Shown: positions 34,130 through 48,250 of the stretch, one piece after another
Layout of the letters: each line of letters opens with the position of its first letter
Position numbering within the stretch: position 1 is the stretch's first letter
DNA from: Azolla caroliniana
Lineage: Eukaryota; Plantae; Polypodiophyta
Assembly: GCA_043228905.1 (NCBI GenBank)
Contig: JBHGNT010000115.1
Coordinates: 14,863-78,862, forward strand
Direction of reading: 5' to 3'
DNA: 64,000 nt
Made by a program: the position numbers and the translations under genes
The notes under the pieces: generated by a model
Database searches by the model: none
Told to the model about the DNA's origin: nothing
Seen by the model: the letters and a program-made list of their open reading frames with translations, nothing else

Positions 34130-37100
34130 GGAACATGCACAATGCATTTGCACTCGATGGTAGGCATGGAGTCAGAGCACACCTACAAAAGTTGAAGGGA
34201 GTATGTGTGTGGTTGATTTGTTTATAGGAGCAAGTCAAAATTATTTGCTTGATGGAGTGTTCATCTTGCATATTGGCTATTCAATATGTCCCACTACCCA
34301 TGTAGTGATGACACCACTTAATCATGGTATGGTGTACCATTGCAATGTTTTTTCACACAAATTTATTAATATAATTGTGTTTCACCCAAAAAAGAAGAGA
34401 GGGAGAGTTTTGGCATGAAGTGCAAAAGAAATCATGAACTTGGAAGCATCTAGTATAATGGTCTCATAAACAACGAGATTGATGTGATTATGAATTGAAG
34501 GATAAGTGAGTTTATTCAAATATCTTGGAATTCTTTTGAATTCCATTAGGTGCATAACGTTTAAGAGCCGAATATAGTGTGGATGTACTGTGAAAGTGAA
34601 ATTCTATCCATTGTGTTGTAGAAAATGTAAATAGCTTATAATGAAGACACAATTGTTCTCTTTAGAAAACCAATAACTTTAAATTTTAATGTAGGAGGAA
34701 CACACAATCACCTTCAAACAATCGAGGGAGACAAATGTTGAGAGAGAATGAGATTATTATACTTTCAAACACAATAAACATGTGGGTCAGGGTCACCCTG
34801 ATATGCTTGAGTTATGGTAATTTTAATGTTCACTAGTTATTTGGGTAGATATTTCTTGAAGAATTAGAACCAAAGCAAGTGTGAAACCATAAATTTGTGG
34901 AGTCAATTAGTTCAATAATCATATGGATTTTGTGTAACAATCAGCAACGGTTTAGTTCGGTCAGGGAGGGTCCAAACTGAACCATTTAGAAATTTTGAAA
35001 CCGGAACTGAACCGAACCATGAAACCGTTAAACCGAACCATTAAAAAAATTCAAACCATTAAGCCATTAAACCAGTAAAAACGCAGTTTCGGTTTTCAGC
35101 TTAGGTCAAATTTTAATTTTAATATTTCATTATTTAAAATTTAAAGATTTTCCTAAAATGTGAGAATAAGGCATGAAAATGAAAAGATTATTTCAAATTT
35201 TTATTTTTATTTTTTAAAATTTTAAAAAAATTAAAAATTAAAAAACCATTAAACCGTTTAAACCGCGGTTTCTAACTGTTGAAACCAAACCAAACTGTTT
35301 TACCCATTAAGCTGTTAAGCCACGGTTTCATGGTTCGGTTCGGTTTAAACCGAACTGTTGCCCGATTGTTAGTTTTGTGGACTAGTAGATGTCGAAGGAT
35401 ATTTCAACAAATGCAATGGAATGTTGATGATGTAGGCAAGGAGATTTGGGTGACCTTGGTGCATACAATAAAAGGATAATATGATGCTGTCAAAGGTGAT
35501 TCAGATGTAGTCTTTTGAAAGCAAAAGGTTTTTAAGAAGAGATGGGAAAGGATGAAGGTATTCTGCATGGTTAATGGTGGTATACATTGGAGGTATCAGC
35601 TACCACTTTGGGTATTTCCTCCACCAACATGAGAAGGATAAAATTTTGTATGTATTTCTAACTTGAGATTTTCAGGAGTGGAAAAAACAGGTTGTTGTAA
35701 AATGCATATGTTCTAATGGAAAACACTGTCATGATCTTGCTATAACATCCCTCCTTCTTGATGGTGATTTAAGATCAGATCAGTTGACATGGTAGAATTC
35801 ATGCATTTAACATCTAAATACATGATTACTTTTGTTGGATAATAAGGGCAAGATTGAAATTGAATCAGAGATGATAGTTATCCTACACATGTATCTAAAA
35901 TAAGGGCAAGATTGAATCTAAATCATAGATGATAGCTCTCTTCCATAGGATTACTTTTGTTGGATAATAAGGGCAAGATTGAAACTAAATAAGAGATGAT
36001 AGTTCTCCTACACTGATTTACTGGATATGATATGTTGAGCATGGAAATGGAGATGAAGCTCTCAAGCTTAATGAGAGAATGCAACTTGAGGGTGTGTGAA
36101 ATGTAATTATCTTTACCTAGAAAGATTAGACTATTGGACAATTTTTGTATATTGCCTTTGGCCACTGTAATTTCAATACCAATGGAGAATAAATTTTCAA
36201 TTTTTTTTAATTTTTAATTTTTAGAACCCCTTGGCCAAAAGAGGCAATACATGATGATTGCCCCAAGAAATAGCCAAAGTGTATATGGATTAGATTATCC
36301 AAAGTGACATGATTAAATATAATAGAAATAGCCCATTATGTCCAAAAAAAAAAAGCTCAACAAAGATCATGGGTTGTCAATTGGATGACCACAATCTCGA
36401 TATTATCACACATTTAAGGAGGCAATTAGTCCATATAGAGATATATGGCTTCAACTTGAGTATTTTCAATTCAAGGCGGAGAGTCATATATTTGGCCTTT
36501 TCGTGTTTGTGTATCTTCAATCACTTTGATTAAGGTTGGCAAAGAATTACAAGTTTAAATATCAAAGGGCTGAATAGGAAACATGATAACTCAACATTCG
36601 TAACAATTAGAAATTTCTACAAAACCTTTCAACATCCACATTTATGTTTATGTAAAATTTAACCTATTTTTATCCACATCATGATTGATAGAAATTAGGC
36701 ACTCTTCCAATGAAAACTTGACAATTCAACATTTAAAGGATTTGAAATACAATGGATAACGATAAGTCAACAATACTAGAAATTCAAAAGATGTGATCTT
36801 TATCCCCTCATAGAAGTACTTAGTCAATCTATTTTGCAAGTTTGTGAACTTGGCATATATACATAATGAAAAACAAAGTGCTTCGAGTTTATGGAAGGAA
36901 TTGCATTTTCACATGTTCGTCTAGAATCTTGTTCTCAAGGAATATCTAATATTGCCACAAGTTAACTCCTTGTTCCCATGGGTTATAACAAAGTGATTCA
37001 GAAGATGAGAAACATGTTTGTTAATATTGCTAACACCCCAATTCTCGCTACCTTTGATAAAAAAATTCCATGACCAAAGGTTCTCTAGAGGCACATGTAG

Positions 37101-37250
37101 TTTTGTATCAAGAGTTATAAGCATTTCAATGAAGTTAAAAAAAACTCCAAACAAGAGGCTAGAATGATGATCTTGATATATATTGGAGCGCCTAGGAAGT
37201 ATTGAAAATGGGCACATTGCAATGTAAGGAAAAGAAAGAAAAACTTGATC
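34100..37250 (+). pseudogene. Decayed PLS-class PPR gene(s), including an E-domain-like part
   Basis: HVVMTPLNHGMVYH..FTQ..VSP (34300-34387); VKP..FV..NHMDFVD across the MITE; IWVTLV (E-like); YVEHGNGDEALKLNERMQLEGV (36031-36096); KEAISPY (~36416); LVNLFCK (36820-36840). Confidence 0.7.
34935..35371. mobile_element. hAT-family MITE
   Basis: TIRs TAACAATC-AGCAACGG and (reverse complement) TAACAATCGGGCAACAG. 8-bp TSD ATTTTGTG / GTTTTGTG (1 mismatch). Dense AACCG/AACCA subterminal repeats. Confidence 0.85.
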
Positions 37251-37516
37251 TTCGGATGGATGGGACCTGTGATGTTTATGCATTGTTGGAGAATCAGTGA
37301 GAGGGGTAAGGAGCCAAGGTAAGGTTCAAAAGAACCATGAATCAACTAACCAAGGCAAGGTTGAAATAACCATGGTTAGAATGACCAAGGTGAGGTAAAA
37401 GTAACCAAGGTATGGTTAAGTTTAACCCGGGGCGAGAGAGAGAGAGAGAGAGAGAGACTATGTGAGAGGAGAGAAGCGAGCGCGTGGAGCAACCATGGCT
37501 TTGTGAAAGATCATCC

Positions 37517-38836
37517 ATGGCTCTGGACTCTGTGTTTTCTTCCTTCCAATTCACCCCCTTATTACCTTCTCTGCGAGAATCCTTACCTCGTAGACTCTCT
37601 CTCGCTTCAGCTTCCGATCATCATCATAGTAAGTCTTGTATAACAGAAGCACCCCTTTTGTGTGGAAATGATCTACCAAAAGGGGGAATCGATCCATTTC
37701 CTTGGACCCAATTAGCAACTCGACTTCATCAACATGATGAATCTTCAAATGGGTTGTTTGAATTTGGTTCAACCCAACCTCAATGGACTCCGTTACTGTG
37801 TCTCTCTAGTGAGGATGTGGAAAGTCATCAATTTGAGAGCTTCAATGGATTCAGTGTTCATGCTGCCGAAATTGAGTCTAGAAAGAAGCAAGAAGATACA
37901 GAAAAGAGTGATTTTCATATCAATGTTGGATATGCCATTCGGACCTTGAGGGATGAAATGCCAAGTTTGTTCTATAAGGATATCACTTATGATATCTACA
38001 GGTATTTCTAGGTGCTTGCGTCCTTTTTTATCTTAGGGAAACGCTAATAATGACCGATGAATTGAAATCAATTGAAAAGTTTTTATCTCGTTTGTTCTGT
38101 TTATGCATATATGCATGTGTATCTATCTAGGCACATACCCATCCATGTGTAAATATCTATGTATTTATGTATGTGTATGGATGTATCTGTATGTGTTAGT
38201 GTGCATGTATGTATCTTTGAAGTTTGCATGGATATGTATATGTAGGTAGATAATACATACAAATAACTGCAGATAGAGGAGTATATGCGTTTATGTGTAT
38301 GTGTATATATATGCATCTTTGCATGGACATGCATATCTAGGCAAACATGCATACAAAGGAGCATGTATGTGCACTGCGTATAGTTGTAACTTTACACACA
38401 AATTAATGTCTTTTTCATTTCTTGCAGGGAAGATATCGTCCTTCATGTTCCTATGAATATTGTCACTGGAATCAATAATTACAAATTGATCTTCAGGGCT
38501 CTCCGTATTTATGGGAGGATGTTTTTCAAAGCATTGTGGTTAGATATCATTAGAATTTCACAACCATCAAACAATGTGATTATCGTACGTTGGCAAGTAC
38601 GTGGAATTCCAAGGGTACCATGGGAATCACAAGGAATATTTGATGGAACTTCTGAATACAAGTTAGATAAGGAGGGGAAAATATATGAACACAAGGTCGA
38701 TAACATGGCACTAAATGCAAGACCCAAACTGAAGATTCCAACTGTTGCAGAACTCCTGAATGTGGAGATATCTCCATCTGCACCAAGACCGACATTTTTC
38801 TTTGGGAGGGCACAAGAAATGATGAATGTAGAGTGA
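37517..38836 (+). CDS. DUF2358 / NTF2(SnoaL)-like protein, probably plastid-targeted, 2 exons, 297 aa
   Basis: Exons 37517-38001 and 38428-38836 (GT-AG, phase 2). Motifs FHINVGYAIRTLRDEMP..DIYREDI, VRWQVRGIPRVPWE, FDGTSEYKLDKEGKIYEHKVDN. Ser/Arg-rich N-terminus. Confidence 0.9.
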
Positions 38837-39545
38837 TTTTGCACAGAAAAATGGGGTGGTCAAACAAATATGAGGTCTGTATTTTACATCCTCAAAGCTG
38901 GATTATCTCAATTTTGAGAAACTTGTATCTATTTGTATTTATAGTAATATGGTAATCTGAATGTGATCTTTGCTTCTTTTTTGGGAAGCCAATCAGTGTC
39001 TTCCTATATTTAGAGAGAAAATGAGCTGAGAATCAATTGGTTTCATTTAGCCATTTTGATATTTTCTGATTCAGAAACCTTATAGAATCATGTGGGCGAT
39101 TAAGTGACAATCGTATGAACAAATATTAAACAGGAAAAGGGTGCTAAACATTACACAGGACAACTATTTAGGACACCAAGAAATGTGAATAAAGGGAACA
39201 AGTGATTTATAATATTCCATATTGTTAAAAATGTGTTCAGTACGTAGGCAACCTACAATACAATCAATATTTCAATACTTTTACAAGACGCATCAAATCT
39301 AACTAAATAAGAGGCAGCTACTTGCTGCCCTTCCACCAAGTTAATCTCATCTCTAAAGCCATAAAATCCCAGAATCAGAAATGGATGCACAATGGCTCAT
39401 CTTCAAGGCAACCAGCTGAGCATATCAGAAAACAGATACATTGTGGAAGAAGAAGACTTTGTGGCTTCTTTCCTTGACATAATTTGTGGTCGGACCTAGC
39501 AAAGCCCATCCGAGTCCATAGTGGCACCCATAGGTGAAACAAACC

Positions 39546-42500
39546 CTACAGGTTCTCTATCTGCAAAATAAAGGGCACACAACTGAGTAGCGAACATGGC
39601 CTACCACATGAAACCATATTAATGTAGCACATGTCGGTATGAGCATACACATAATTACTTCATGCGGGGTTAATTAAAGCATTTTATGGCCTGTTCTAGC
39701 TCTACTCTAACCCCTAATAACAGTTATGTCAAGGCTCCTAACAGTGTAGTACAAAGCAGGATGCATACCATCATTGTTAACAGTGTTATTGTATGGTGTA
39801 TTATTGAGCTTGGCCAGTTGGGTCTTAATCCCAACTGAGGAAATTCTGCTTGTGTTGGAAGAAAGAGCCTTCAAAGCAGCTCTCTTGCTTGACTAAAACA
39901 TGAAATAAAATCGAGTTCAACAAATCGCTTAAACTTAACCTCTACACTGAAAAGTTTTATTGTAAGAGAACTTACTAATGGAATAGCTTTGGGATCCATT
40001 GTGCATTCTGTGGTGGGCTTTTCTGCAGAAATAACTGTGTTTGTTTTCACTTTCTTAACTAGTGTTTCATTGGTTGAAGACATTCGAGAAGACATGGAAT
40101 TATTTCTGAACATCTCTCTGAGCTTCCTCAGGCTCAACAAGGTCAAGTCAATCTGTAGCATTGATTCTTCCTTGGAGATCTCTAATATGGGTTGCTTGAT
40201 AAGGGTTGAATTCTTTTCCAGAACAGACTGTTGTAAGGTTTTTATTTCTACTTCATCATCCACATTCTCTCTTTTCATAGTGTGCAGATCCTCATAAAGA
40301 AGTGCTCCCTCAAAGTGATCAAATAGATTCTGTGTGGTGTCCAGATCCTCCTCTCTCTCTTTTATTGGCCATGTCTTTAAGTTGCAGTTTTTTTTCTCTT
40401 CTTCCTCTTTTTCAATGTTATTTTGTTGTTGTCGCACCAAACTCTCGCTGAAACAACTGTCCAAGTTTCTCCCAGTTTTCTCTAGTTTCTCAGAAGAGTT
40501 CATGATATCCTCAATTTCAATCGTATGGTCACCAAAGTCCACCTCCTGTTCTTTAACTTGATAAGCTGAGTCCATGAGCCCCAAGTTCAGAGCCAAATCA
40601 GCTTCGTATTTTGCTGCTAGGTTTTCCCTTTTTGTAACTATAGAAACCTCCAGGCGATCAATGATCTTTGCTCCAGATTCAAAACTATTTTGATCAGCGG
40701 TGCAATTGCCCAAAATATGTGGCTGCTCAGCATGTGATATTTCTTCTATACAGTTATCTGAAACCAAATGTGGTTCCGTTATTTGCTCCAAACAGTTCAC
40801 ATCTACGAAGGTTAGTACGGATTCCAGGCTAGCTTGAGAAATTTGTGGCATTTGTTGAAATTCCAATATGGGTTCTGTGTTAGCTTCAGAATTCAATATT
40901 ACCTCAACCTTCATAGAGGGCTGTTCTTCCTCAGAACAGTGATTGACAAACATTGTAACTGATTGGTTTTGTTCCTTTTCTTCCACATCTATGTTCTCTC
41001 TCAGGCTTTCTAGATCAAGTTTATCCACACTGAGAATATTACTGGGACGCACAGAGAATTTCTTAGATTTTTCCTCCAAACTATTGATCTCATTGGAAAT
41101 GCTATAACATGATGAAACAAACTGTGGAAAACTCTCTGTTTCACACTCTGCCTCTACATTGTCATTATGGCTTCTCTTCAAATCAAGACTTTCACAATTT
41201 TCTCCATTAAACACATGATGTTCTGTCTCTGTCAATCCAATTTGATGAGTATTAGCTGCATCATTATTTGGGTTGATCTCCACACTATTCCTCTTTGTGT
41301 CTTCATTTTGAAAGAGCTTGTCTCGTCCAGCAGAATTATTGTCCTCACTTTCTTTACTTCGCATCATGCCATTTTCTTTATCTCCACTGATTTCCTGAGT
41401 TTGATTAATGCCCTCTTCATTTTTATAACCGTCTTCTTTATTTTTGTGATTTATTTCTTCCTCGTTAGTTTGTGCACACTCACTTTCTTGCCCTGGAGAT
41501 TCTGCTGCACTGTCAAACAAATCTTCTGCAAGTTCATCTATATTTATGTATTTGTTTAAGCTACCTTGAGTTAATGCAGATGGGATACTTAGTTCATTAA
41601 TTGCCATATCTTCTGCACTTTCAGTATAAGGCAGACCATCGTGAAATTCTACTTCATTTTCAAAGAAATGTTCTGCTTTGGGAAAGAAATATCCTTTATG
41701 GCCAGTTTGTTCACTTATTTCAGAAGTATAGGGTTCTCCATCTTCAAAGGAATAGGAATCATGTTCATCATTTTCATTAATGTCCACATTGTTTTCATCT
41801 GAGGAACCATCTTCGCAGCTGAATTCATCTGCAAAATCAAAAGAGTTTTTTTGCACATCAGTTCCTGAATCATGTGACTGATGGGCCAATTCCTGATCAA
41901 TTCCATCATTATGTAACTTTGAATCATATGATCGAACATATTTTGTGGGTTCTTCAGACCCAACCGTAATAGGGGGTTTGACTAGATCATCTGAAGCATA
42001 GATATCATCAGCATTCTCTATCTGCTTGACCCTATGCCGATTGTTTCCATTGGGTATGGAGCAAAATTCTTCACTGTAGTCTGTATCACCATTGCCTATC
42101 AAATTGTCTGCTTCAACCATATCTTGGATGGCATCTCCTTTTTCAGAAAATGATGGTGTATTTTTAATTTCCATTATACTGTGTTTCAGGTTTGGTTGTA
42201 TCATTTGAACACACACATCAATGGAATGCTCAAACTCATCACATTGCCCTGCAGTTTCTGATAATATACTCTGAGCATTTTCATCAGCATCAAATACCTG
42301 ATAGTGTATTCCACTCAAAACATCATTCATATCAACATTTTTATTCCTGTCATGGCCTTGAATTGTGTAAGACATGTCGACACATCCAAAAAGACCATCA
42401 TTAGAAGAAGAGAGCCCTGATTCCGTTTTGTTGCAAGAATCAGCAGAAAATATTGCTACATTATGTACATAATTACATATTATAGAAGATGGAGATATGC

Positions 42501-45382
42501 TGACATCATGTGAATGCAAAGCACTGCCATCTGGATTCAGATTCTCGGCTTCTTTGGCATCTCTGATTGCTACATGGATGTGAAAGCAAGAGTCATTTCT
42601 AACTTCAAAGAACAGAAAAAATATTTTATGACAGCATATATTTGCATTGAGCATGACTGAATGAAGGGGAAATTTTAAATTGAACTAAAGTTACAAAACT
42701 TATTATTAAAGAACCAAAGTTGAAAATAGCATATTAAGAATACCTTCTATGAACAAAATGTCAGCATTCATTTTATCTTCAGCTGTAAACTGCTCCTCAG
42801 TGTCACAAGATAACTTAAATGTGCTCTCAGATTTATCCAAGGTAGATGCATCACATGTAGATTCATATTTTAACTCTTCGCTACTTTCCCCCTGTAGGAC
42901 ATTTTTTTCTATTTTCACACTGGCTTCCGATTCACTTACTTGGCACTTCTCCCTAAATTCCTGTGTTGATACTCTTGCATTTGATTCTTTGATTGAAGAA
43001 TCATGCACATTGTATTCAATCTCTGTAGCATCCTGGTTCTCTAATAAACCTGTTATCTGGATACTGTTTTTATACTTCCCAATTTTTCCAGTAGTTCTGC
43101 CATCAATTGTTTCCAGTCTTGTTAAAATTCCCTCATTATCTACACATCCATTTTCATTCATTTCCTGATTCTTAGCTTCATTTATGTACCTTATAGATTT
43201 TTCTCGAGTTTCCTTCTGCATCTGATCATTTACTTTATTACAGATAGGCGATGAGTTAATCGCATTTCTAGTTCTTTTTGATAATGTTCCCTTCTTACTA
43301 GCTTTCTCAACTTGCATTTTTCCAGTGTGAGAAAGCTTCAAATCATTGAGTTTGCCCCTACTTTGTCGCACTGAATCTATTTTTGGGGAAAATATTAGAG
43401 AGACATCTTCATGGTTCTTTTGCAATTCAAGTTCTAATTTCTCATTACTCATTCTTTTCAAATGTGCACCCATTTGTTCATCCAGTATTAGAGTTTGGTT
43501 CCTGGTTTTCTTGTCCGTTGCATTCTGCTTTTCTACACTAGTTTCCTCTTGATTTGGGTTTTCACAAGGTTTCAAGACATGGGGAAAACCCTTTCTAGTT
43601 CTTTTTCTTGATTCGGTTACAGAAGAACTATTTTCCTGATGTTCTTGTGCCATTTTACTGTGATCAATTTCTTTAAAGTCAATACTTTTTTTCTCAGTTG
43701 TGATCAATCTCGAGCTTCTGCCTCGCCTCATTTGTGGAATAAACTCATACAACCCATCTTCGACAATCGTATCTGCATTTCCTCTTCCATTGGGTTCCGA
43801 ATCATTCTTACTTCCTTGACCTTCTGAAATATATGGCATAGTTTGAGATATATTTCTATCTCTATTTCGGAGATTTCTCGAGATATTTTTTATCACCGGT
43901 TCTTCTGATATGCCCTCTGATTCAATATTCCCTTTGCCCATCCCACCATGGTCCCTTCTTACTCTCCTAGTAGGCATAACCCTCTGAACTGCAGAAACCT
44001 CATCAGAAGTTTGAGTTGCTGAGGCTATGGAGATTCTCTTGATGCAATTTGATGTGACCTCTTTATGAATGCTCCTCCTAGTATTCCTCTTCACTGGAGA
44101 AGGAGATTTTTCTTCCACTGAGAAATCTATCTCCGTGATCTCCACAGTATCAGAAAATGTGACCACACCTTTCTTCTTTCTAACCCCGTCATTGTTTCCG
44201 TCAACCTTCAGACATGTCTTCAATACTATTTTTGGACCAGTAAATCCACTCTTCATCGGTTTTATTTCACATTTGCTTGACTTTACTTCTTCTTCTTCTT
44301 CTTTCTGTGTTACTTTATCATTTGATAAAGGACGTTCTGCAGTTCTTATACTTGCTCTTCTTCTTCTCAATGTAATTTGTTCTTCTCTACCATTTTGTCC
44401 TGCCAAAGATTGATTTAAAGCCACTTTAGAATCAACAGGAGAACTTGAATCATCATTAGAATCGATCAAAGAACCTGAATCAAGTTTGGAATCAATAGTG
44501 ATTGAAGAATCATCGCCCAATTGTGGGCTTGCATCACTTGCAGAATCTTCTTCCACTAGGCTATGACCTTTGGCCTCATTATTTCTAACTGATTTTCTAG
44601 TCCTGCAAGATTGAGCATTATGAATCGTTGAAAAGTCTCTATCAAAATCACTTATTTGTGCTGATTTTTCCTTCCTAGATGCCCTGGTAAGTCTTTCCAT
44701 CTTTCCCACGTTTTCTGAATTTACCTCTGAGATCTCTCCCAGTATGCTTTCAGAATCATTTACATGTGAATGACGATCTTGAAGAATTTGTTCTACTACC
44801 TGTGGATTTTTCTGCCAAAAGAAGCAACAGGAAATTGTAGATAAAAATTAGGAAACTTTAGTTACCAACATATGCATAACCATGCATTTAATTCGCAATT
44901 AGCATTCCTGCCACACATTACCAGTGTAATTCTGTACTAATTAGAGCTCGAATGTTATGTTAAATGCTAATGACACACTTATATGCAATTGAGAAGTCCT
45001 AATTACAATATATCCAGCCTTGATTGGAGCTTGAATTGCATATAAATCCGTAGCTATGAAAATAACTAGGTGTGATTTCAGTAGTAAATGCATATATCAT
45101 AATTAATCATCACCAATATCATGATAATTATACGATAAATCAGTATTAGAATTCCAATAAAAACGCACTCAATTTAATAATTATATACTTGTTGGTTAGT
45201 TGATTTGTGATTAAACCTTATTCAATCAATCCTAAATGAAAATGCATGAAAAAAACACAAATACTAACCTTAAGAAGATCAGAAAGAGAATTGGCCATTT
45301 CTACATTCGTAGAGTTTGCGGGAATTCCCTGCTTTTTGCAGAGAGTTTGAAGCTCTCGCCTCCGTAAAGAATGAAAATCCAT
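39546..45382 (-). CDS. Large acidic, disordered protein with N-terminal SAP-like motif (At5g17160/At3g03130-like family), ~1,600 aa
   Basis: Exon 1 45269-45382 = MDFHSLRRRELQTLCKKQGIPANSTNVEMANSL; exon 2 42744-44811; exon 3 42569 to 39976 (or 39940) with SLRKLREMF; last exon 39546-39560 (IENL*). Phases are consistent; the 3' end is less certain. Confidence 0.8.
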
Positions 45383-46069
45383 GTGAATTAACCGTTATAT
45401 ATGTATTTTTTCTGTAACCAAATATGACAGATATGCTAATAATATCTTCGTGAAGGTTTCAAGGCCATGTACAATTAAAAGTAGAGTTGAAGGATTCTTG
45501 AATTATGGTTAAGTGTGTCCTTGAATTAGGATTCAGAATCCTTGAAATAAGGAACTCTAGAAAATCCCTGAGTTAGGATTCAGAATCTCTTGAATCAGAG
45601 TTAAGAATCCTTGAATCGGGGTCCAGAAGAACTGGAGCTAGTGTCAAGGATCCTTCAACTAGGGCTAAGTTACTTTTGTGTTAGGGTTTCTGCTCCTCAG
45701 AATTCTGGAACATTAGAAGGGGTTCAGAATTCTCGAGCATTAGGGTTTAGGAACTCATGCGATCCAGGTCTTAGCAGCTATGCATCCGTACGAAACGGAA
45801 CTCGTGGGAAAACTGACAGGAATTACAGCTATGGATGATGGTGATCAGAAAAGGAGGGTGGTGTTGCGATCTAGAGCGGAGGAAGAGGAGAGACTCAGTG
45901 TTGGATCAATGTAACTGCTGGGATCGCGACGAGAAAAAGCCATGGTATGTAATGCCATGGCATGGACACCCCCACACAATTCTCTCTGTCTCTCTGCCTG
46001 GATCTGGATCTGCATCTGCATCTGTGTCTGTGTCTGTGTCTGTGTCTGTGTGGTGATAGAGAAGGCTTT

Positions 46070-46121
46070 TTGCCGTTCGTTATCCCATTTCGAAACAAAT
46101 TCAAACTTGGCTTTTGGCGCC
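46070..46121 (-). promoter_or_regulatory. Candidate cell-cycle promoter (E2F, CHR-like and MSA-like sites)
   Basis: TTTGGCGC at 46113-46120, TTCAAA (TTTGAA on minus) at ~46100, AACGG on minus at ~46073; another AACGG just before the ATG (~45392). Confidence 0.4.
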
Positions 46122-46749
46122 CATTTCATATGTATGTAATTCTTCTCCTACTCCGCTCTACAATCAGCCATTCATTTATAAGTTGTGTGAAGAAACACCA
46201 AATCAAATTGCCTTCCCACATAAAAATGCTCCATGGAATGAAGGAGTGAAACACACACAAAAGTTTGTTCTTGGTGATATAAGACATAGAGACGGATCAT
46301 CAACACGACACACACATGAGTCGATATTTCGTCATGCCGATCATGTTACCCATTCCGAAGTACTAGTCGTCCTCGTGATCCTTAGCTTGTAGGGATGTTG
46401 GAGGTAGGTTGGCTCTGTCTTGATCATAGCTCAAGAGTGGTGGGGAGGATCAGGTTCTCTCTATCAAATCTATTCGCCTTTTTTATTTTAATTTGTTCTA
46501 TTCATCAGTAAGATATTCTTAGCATACTCAAGCGCATATGGTCGCACACGAATCTATCGTTTGTATGTAAAGTAGGGCTCTGCAAGCCCTTTTCGCCCTA
46601 TAAACCTTGCTTGAGGTTCGTCAAACCATTTCTCTATTAGACAAGCAATAAACAAGGTTTTACTAGTGGCAATAACCACTTTCCAGTTATGTAATCAATT
46701 GTCTAATTTTAAGCTTTTCTTGGGTAATGGTCTAAGTCATTTTCATACA

Positions 46750-48250
46750 ATGATTATCAACACGAGAAAACTATTGTTATGTAGCAATAGCCTTTAACAA
46801 CCATGAATTGGGTGAGAGATGGTACATTTCTTGAATTGGTTATGCTTCGTGTTTGATCCGTATGAATGGGCTTCGGATGCGGCAAAACATGGTTTATGGC
46901 TATGGTTTAAAACAATTTATGTTACAATAAGTCTATCCTTGAGTATTTGTGCTATTGGTTGATTGAACACATCATTGTAGCATGGGGATCCATTTATAAC
47001 CATTACAAATACCAATCTCCTAACCCTCTCTTATAATAAAAAATTGCTTTTGTCCTTATATTTGAAGAAATGCTTATGGAAGACTTATATTTGACAACAA
47101 TAAATTTGATTTTATGTGGTTGTTCTAGTCCCGGATCTCATAATCCGTTAGTAGAAAGGACATCAAACAATAATATGCACTTGAAAAGGTGTATAATATA
47201 GTGAATTGGGATTTCAACACGTACAATGCACATTTCATCATATGGTTCACTTATGTATTTTATTGTTGGGCTCCATTTGTATCGATGAAATGGTTCACTC
47301 AAGGATGCTAAAATACTTTCTAAGAAACACTTTGGCATCGATAGTTGCATCCCATGCCCCTTATGTGATCAAACATTTATTCATCATATAGTAGATCAAT
47401 ATATATTCTTGTTAATGTCAACGGGAGTCTGATGATTGTAATCTACAAGGCAAGACCTAGCCCATGGCAAGAATCAAGATTGGGGCGAATTAAACTATAT
47501 GTTCTAGATGTGCAATATATGAATGGACATCCAACATCCAAGAATGTGGATGTTATGCTCACTTAAAAGGGACAAATGTGGAAAGATTGCAGGTGGAAAC
47601 AAAATAGTGATGGTAATATAAGGAAATTGACAGAGGTGGGCACAAACAAGGAGACAATTCACATAATTGGCCACAAGTGGCACCCCTCCCAAAATAGAAT
47701 AAAGTTGTGTAAGCACACTTCCATGTTAATAGCATTTTTCTTGTTACTTTCATCTAAATAGATAAACTCCTACATTAACATGTGGACAAACAAAGTCAAT
47801 GACACCAAGAGCAATCACTTCCACATGAAGCCTATAGATTTATTTGAACTTGTAGTCATGAGCATAGTGAATTGGCGAATTGTATAGCCCACAGGATGTA
47901 GAATGCAACAAGGAGTAAGTATGCTTCTAAAAAATAATTGAATGCGGGTGTGTATAATATGGGTTCTAATGGAGAGCACATTATGCGTTGCAACAACAAT
48001 ATTTCCTACAATCATAACGATCATAGATCATGTCAACAAAAAGATTATGGGTACCCTTTAACAATAATATTAATGAGAACTACAATGGGAAGTTGCTTAT
48101 GTTTTAAGGATGAGAATAATGAGCATTGTGAAATCTAGCATGTTGACAATAGCTGAACAACATTGTTAAGAATGATCCATAAGTAAAATGATTAGGCTTC
48201 CATAAATGATAACATGAAATGTTTATAGGTTGCAAAAGACATTCATGGGA
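46750..48250 (+). pseudogene. Decayed PPR-like sequence
   Basis: VFD (~46849), AKHG (46882), KCLWK/MED..IFD (~47070), DAKIL, DLAHGK (~47454), MQQG (47903). Confidence 0.45.
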
